The translations under genes and the position numbers were made by a program. This document shows, in pieces, positions 56,896-60,487 of a DNA stretch of 60,487 nucleotides. The first letter of the stretch is position 1. Each line of letters opens with the position of its first letter. This DNA comes from an uncultured bacterium (GTDB taxonomy: Bacteria > Fidelibacterota > Marinisomatia > Marinisomatales > UBA1611), in contig CAZYDX010000002.1 in assembly GCA_964646455.1 (NCBI GenBank), positions 1-60,487 of the forward strand. Reading direction: 5' to 3'. The notes under the pieces were generated by a model. That model was not told where the DNA came from. It saw only the letters and a list, made by a program, of their open reading frames with translations, and ran no database searches.

Positions 56896-58143
56896 TTAGC
56901 TTAGTCTTATATATATAAATAATAACCCAAAACTAATTAAGTAGACAATCCCTCCAATAGCTAGGTATCTAAGCCATGTAGGTGGTACGGAATCTTCATT
57001 GAGGTAAGGGAATGACACGAGCCTATAATTAGCAAGAGCTACCATTGGTGCAATCATAAAAGATATCGTTGTAGCAAGGTCTACTAGTTGTTTTAGTTTA
57101 CTTCCAAATAATAAGATAATTACTAATGAGCCAATCACTAAGACCCAGATTATTATATCATAGTATGTTTTGTTTTTATCATTTTGATTTTGAACCAATC
57201 TTATACATTCGCTAGCAGATCTTGCATACCCATCTAGAACAGCTACACAGGTTCCAAACATAATACTAAAGCCTGCTATTGCGATTATTAAATAACTCCA
57301 CGATCCGATTGAGTCAGTATATAATTTTATTACCTGGTTCGCAAATAGAGCGCTGCTGTTCGGGAATGTAGAATTTGTTCCATACATTAGATATGCTCCT
57401 AGTGTCAGAAAACATATTGAAAGAGCAGCAGAAAAGATATAGCCCATATTGAACTCAAATATTGTCTGTTTTAGAGTCGGTTTGAAATTTGTCTGTTTTA
57501 TTCTTTCAAGTGTCCAAAGACTATTCCAAGATGAAAGATCAACAGCTGTTGGCATCCAGCCCATAAGTGCTATAATGAATAAGATATCATTTTTATTATA
57601 CTCTATTATTGGAAAGAGTGTATTACTTACTGGGCCCTTTATAATTACTAGAATAAACGCTGCAAGCGTAGAAATTAGAAGTGTAAATCCGATTATTTTT
57701 ATTAGTCCATCAAGAGAATCATATTTACCAAAGGAAAGAATACCCCCACATATTGCAAATAAAATAATATGATTCCAGATTCCAATTTCGCTGGTCTTGA
57801 ATAAATTTTGCAAGAAACCGGATGTAACTGCTCCAACAGCAGACGTAATAAAAAACATTGATATAAGAGTTATTATCAAATAAGACCATAAAACCCAGCC
57901 TCCTAGTTTTTTATAACCATCAATAATGCTGGTTTCAGTAGCATTTGCAAAGCGAGAACCAAATTCAAAAAAAGGATATTTGAACAAGTTTGCGATAATG
58001 ATAAAAAAGAGCAAACCATAACCATAGCTAGCTCCTGCACGTGTTGATTGTACAAGGTGTGAGACACCAATAGCTGTGCTGGCAAATAGGATACCAGGCC
58101 CCAATGTTTTTTTTAGCCACTCTAGCTGATTTATTTTATTCAT
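56896..58143 (-). CDS. Nramp-family divalent metal cation transporter
   Basis: 415 aa with about 11 TM helices. 'GPGILFASTAIGVSHLVQSTRAGASYGYGLLF' resembles Nramp TM1/TM2 motifs. Confidence 0.7.
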   Translation of the reverse strand: MNKINQLEWLKKTLGPGILFASTAIGVSHLVQSTRAGASYGYGLLFFIIIANLFKYPFFEFGSRFANATETSIIDGYKKLGGWVLWSYLIITLISMFFITSAVGAVTSGFLQNLFKTSEIGIWNHIILFAICGGILSFGKYDSLDGLIKIIGFTLLISTLAAFILVIIKGPVSNTLFPIIEYNKNDILFIIALMGWMPTAVDLSSWNSLWTLERIKQTNFKPTLKQTIFEFNMGYIFSAALSICFLTLGAYLMYGTNSTFPNSSALFANQVIKLYTDSIGSWSYLIIAIAGFSIMFGTCVAVLDGYARSASECIRLVQNQNDKNKTYYDIIIWVLVIGSLVIILLFGSKLKQLVDLATTISFMIAPMVALANYRLVSFPYLNEDSVPPTWLRYLAIGGIVYLISFGLLFIYIRLS

Positions 58144-58298
58144 GATTCTACTTTATGCAGGCCACATATTTAGACTTCAAATAAAAGATAAACAATATTT
58201 TTTTAACAGGCCATTATAAACCTAATAAATATATTTATTTTTCTGTAGATAAAATGATGGAATGCATAATTTGTTTTATGAAATAGAGGTGCGAAATA

Positions 58299-58793
58299 AT
58301 GAATTCAGATAACATTATTTTAAAAGAAGCAACTTCTGAAGATGAAATTCAGATTGCTGACGTATTATTAGATTTTTATAATATGAATGACCGTGATGAA
58401 GCTATTAATACTTTTCTGTCAGAAATAGAAAAAGATTTCCATTACATAGTAGCAATAGAAGATAGCAAAATAATTGGTCTAGTGACTTGGTTAATGCACG
58501 GTCTGCCAAAACATGGTTTATTTGAATTAGATAGGATTTGCATTTTATCTGAATCAAGAGGAAAAGGAATTGGAGCAAAGCTTGTTAATAAATTGGTCGA
58601 AGATGCGAGTAGATGGTATAAAAAAAATGGTGAAAAAATTAGGAAACTATATCTTTTGACCCATGAAGATAATACAAACGCTCATTCATTTTATGAGAAA
58701 ATAGGCTTCGAGCATGAGACCACGTTAAAGGATCATTATTATAAAACTAAAGATGAGCGTGTTTACACTATGTTTTTTAAGGCTGATAAATAG
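58299..58793 (+). CDS. GNAT family N-acetyltransferase
   Basis: 164 aa. 'ILSESRGKGIGAKLVNKL' (the Q/RxxGxG/A acetyl-CoA loop) and 'AHSFYEKIGF'. Confidence 0.75.
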   Translation: MNSDNIILKEATSEDEIQIADVLLDFYNMNDRDEAINTFLSEIEKDFHYIVAIEDSKIIGLVTWLMHGLPKHGLFELDRICILSESRGKGIGAKLVNKLVEDASRWYKKNGEKIRKLYLLTHEDNTNAHSFYEKIGFEHETTLKDHYYKTKDERVYTMFFKADK

Positions 58794-58800
58794 GTAAAAA

Positions 58801-60487
58801 ATGTGTGGTATCGTTAGTTATATAGGTAAGTCAGATCCGACTCCCATATTATTAAAAGGCCTAAAACGATTAGAATATCGTGGATATGATTCTGCTGGAA
58901 TCGCTTTGCTTGATGGAAAGAATCTTAATCATGTAAAATGTGCAGGAAAGGTATCTGAATTACTTAAAAAAGTTGATATTATAGGTAGTTTCGGTATTGC
59001 GCACACGCGTTGGGCTACCCATGGCGAGCCAAATGATGTGAATGCGCATCCTCATTTAGATAAAACTGGGAAAATAGCTCTAGTCCATAATGGTATAATC
59101 GAAAACTATGAGGCAATCAAAAAAACGCTTATCGCACGAGGAGTTTCTTTTACGAGCGATACAGACTCTGAGGTACTTGTGCAGTTAATTTCTGAATTAT
59201 ATTATAATAATGAAGAAAAATTAAATTTTGAGGATTCTGTTAAAGCAGCTCTTCAGGAGGTTGTGGGTGCATATGGAATTGTTGTGATTTGTTCTGATGA
59301 ACCAGACACGATGATTGCGGCTAGAATGGGAAGCCCGCTTGTATTAGGTGTTGGAGAAGAAGAATTTTTAGTTGCTAGCGACGCTTCGCCTATTATTGAA
59401 TACACCAGGAATGTTATTTATTTGGATGATGATGAATTTGTAAAAATTCATAGGTCAGACTATTCAATTTCAAATATTAGTTCAAAAGAAATTATTACAA
59501 AAACCCTGACGAAAATTGATCTTACAATAGAAGAGATTGAAAAAGGTGAATTTCCACATTTCATGTTAAAGGAAATTCATGATCAAAAACATTCAATAAG
59601 TGATACAATGAGAGGGCGTTTGAACCTTGATGATGGTACATCAAACTTAGGAGGTATTCTAGACTATCTGCCAAATATATTAACTGCATCTAGAATTTAT
59701 ATTACTGCATGCGGTACTTCATGGCATTCTGGACTTATCGGGAAACATTTAATAGAAGAATATGCTAGAGTCCCTGTTCATGTTGAATACGCATCTGAAT
59801 TTCGATATCGAAATGCAATTATAGATAGCAATACGATTATTATTGCTATAAGCCAATCAGGGGAAACAGCGGATACCTTAGCCGCCATTAGAAAATCAAA
59901 AGAACTTGGTGCAATGACCTTTGGCATTTGCAATGTAGTCGGAAGTAGCATATCCAGAGAGACAGATGCAGGTATATTTACACATGCAGGACCAGAGATA
60001 GGAGTAGCCTCAACAAAAGCATTCACTGCACAGGTTACAGTGCTAATTATGTTAGCTTTGAAAATTGGTAGAAAAAAAGGTGTGTCTTTGGATAGAGGTA
60101 AAGCCTTAATTAAGGCGCTGAAGAATATTGATCATGATGTAACTGAAATACTTCAAAATATTGATAAGATTAAAAAAGTTGCTGTGGCGACAGCTACCGT
60201 TAATAATTATTTGTATCTAGGCAGGGGCATTAATTTTCCTATTGCTCTTGAAGGAGCACTAAAATTAAAAGAAATATCATACATACATGCAGAAGGATAT
60301 CCTGCTGCAGAAATGAAACATGGCCCTATAGCTTTAATTGATAAAGACATGCCAGTGGTGTTTATTGCTCCACAAGATGAGACATTTTTTAAGATTTTAT
60401 CTAATATTGAAGAGGTAAAGGCCCGTGGAGGGACAATTATCACGATCACAGATAAAGATAATAAATCACTTAATTCTTTATCAGATT
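58801..60487 (+). CDS. glmS: Glutamine--fructose-6-phosphate aminotransferase (isomerising), 5' partial (runs off the window)
   Basis: Not in the ORF track because there is no stop in the window. Translation from ATG 58801 gives 'MCGIVSYIGKSDPTPILLKGLKRLEYRGYDSAGIAL...HTRWATHGEP...', then the SIS domain 'ACGTSWHSGLIGKHLIEEYARVPVHVEYASEFRYR' and 'SQSGETADTLAA'. Confidence 0.93.
   Translation, partial: MCGIVSYIGKSDPTPILLKGLKRLEYRGYDSAGIALLDGKNLNHVKCAGKVSELLKKVDIIGSFGIAHTRWATHGEPNDVNAHPHLDKTGKIALVHNGIIENYEAIKKTLIARGVSFTSDTDSEVLVQLISELYYNNEEKLNFEDSVKAALQEVVGAYGIVVICSDEPDTMIAARMGSPLVLGVGEEEFLVASDASPIIEYTRNVIYLDDDEFVKIHRSDYSISNISSKEIITKTLTKIDLTIEEIEKGEFPHFMLKEIHDQKHSISDTMRGRLNLDDGTSNLGGILDYLPNILTASRIYITACGTSWHSGLIGKHLIEEYARVPVHVEYASEFRYRNAIIDSNTIIIAISQSGETADTLAAIRKSKELGAMTFGICNVVGSSISRETDAGIFTHAGPEIGVASTKAFTAQVTVLIMLALKIGRKKGVSLDRGKALIKALKNIDHDVTEILQNIDKIKKVAVATATVNNYLYLGRGINFPIALEGALKLKEISYIHAEGYPAAEMKHGPIALIDKDMPVVFIAPQDETFFKILSNIEEVKARGGTIITITDKDNKSLNSLSD

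Noticed and set aside
59778-60449. Minus-strand ORFs 59778-60026 and 60207-60449
   Set aside because: They lie antisense to the plus-strand glmS frame, which is clearly conserved (SIS-domain motifs). The track lists them only because glmS has no stop in the window.
1-60487. Search by eye for tRNA, rRNA, tmRNA, CRISPR arrays, IS elements, integrases, toxin-antitoxin or other defence genes
   Set aside because: I recognised none. The intergenic regions are short and AT-rich without tRNA-like GC-rich cloverleaf segments or spaced direct repeats. A covariance-model scan (tRNAscan/Infernal) would be needed to exclude small ncRNAs, especially in 47757-48254 and 58144-58298.

Overview
AT-rich bacterial chromosomal fragment in two parts. 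(1) About 1-41.7 kb is a large, tightly packed, almost entirely plus-strand cell-surface polysaccharide (O-antigen/capsule type) biosynthesis island. It encodes an initiating phosphoglycosyl transferase, a Wzy/O-antigen-ligase-like polymerase, about 7 GT-A/GT-B glycosyltransferases and a GT2 + flippase-like + GT-C trio. It also encodes nucleotide-sugar enzymes (WecB, CapD/PglF-like dehydratase, UDP-sugar 6-dehydrogenase, SDR epimerase, bi-domain oxidoreductase). Tailoring genes are unusually dense: two MBOAT/SGNH-like pairs, two AsnB-type amidotransferases, a NodU-type carbamoyltransferase, a PAPS-type sulfotransferase, an arylsulfotransferase-like protein, a SAM methyltransferase and a D-glucuronyl C5-epimerase homologue. 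(2) About 41.7-60.5 kb holds core genes: aldehyde dehydrogenase, class II fba, ilvD-ilvB-ilvN-ilvC, two tandem GAPDH paralogs, pyk, an Nramp transporter, a GNAT and the 5' part of glmS (missing from the ORF track because it runs off the window). This part also has three signal-peptide proteins, one with a FlgD-Ig/T9SS-type C-terminal domain, which hints at an FCB-group-like marine organism (a guess only). I recognised no rRNA, tRNA, CRISPR, transposase or integrase. The best candidate for an undescribed system is 1282-7255: fused E1alpha/beta 2-oxoacid dehydrogenase, complete E2, dedicated ACP, AcpS-type PPTase, MBOAT and a DltD/SGNH-like partner. It reads as a Dlt-like carrier-protein acylation route whose loading enzyme is a 2-oxoacid dehydrogenase rather than an adenylating ligase. 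Secondary points: a glycosaminoglycan-like epimerisation plus sulfation toolkit; a 25-nt perfect inverted element upstream of two genes; an SDR gene whose Rossmann motif precedes any canonical start codon; an A11 tract at the 5' end of the sugar dehydrogenase; and a GAPDH paralog lacking the catalytic Cys. All functional calls come from motif recognition by eye and need HMM or structure confirmation.
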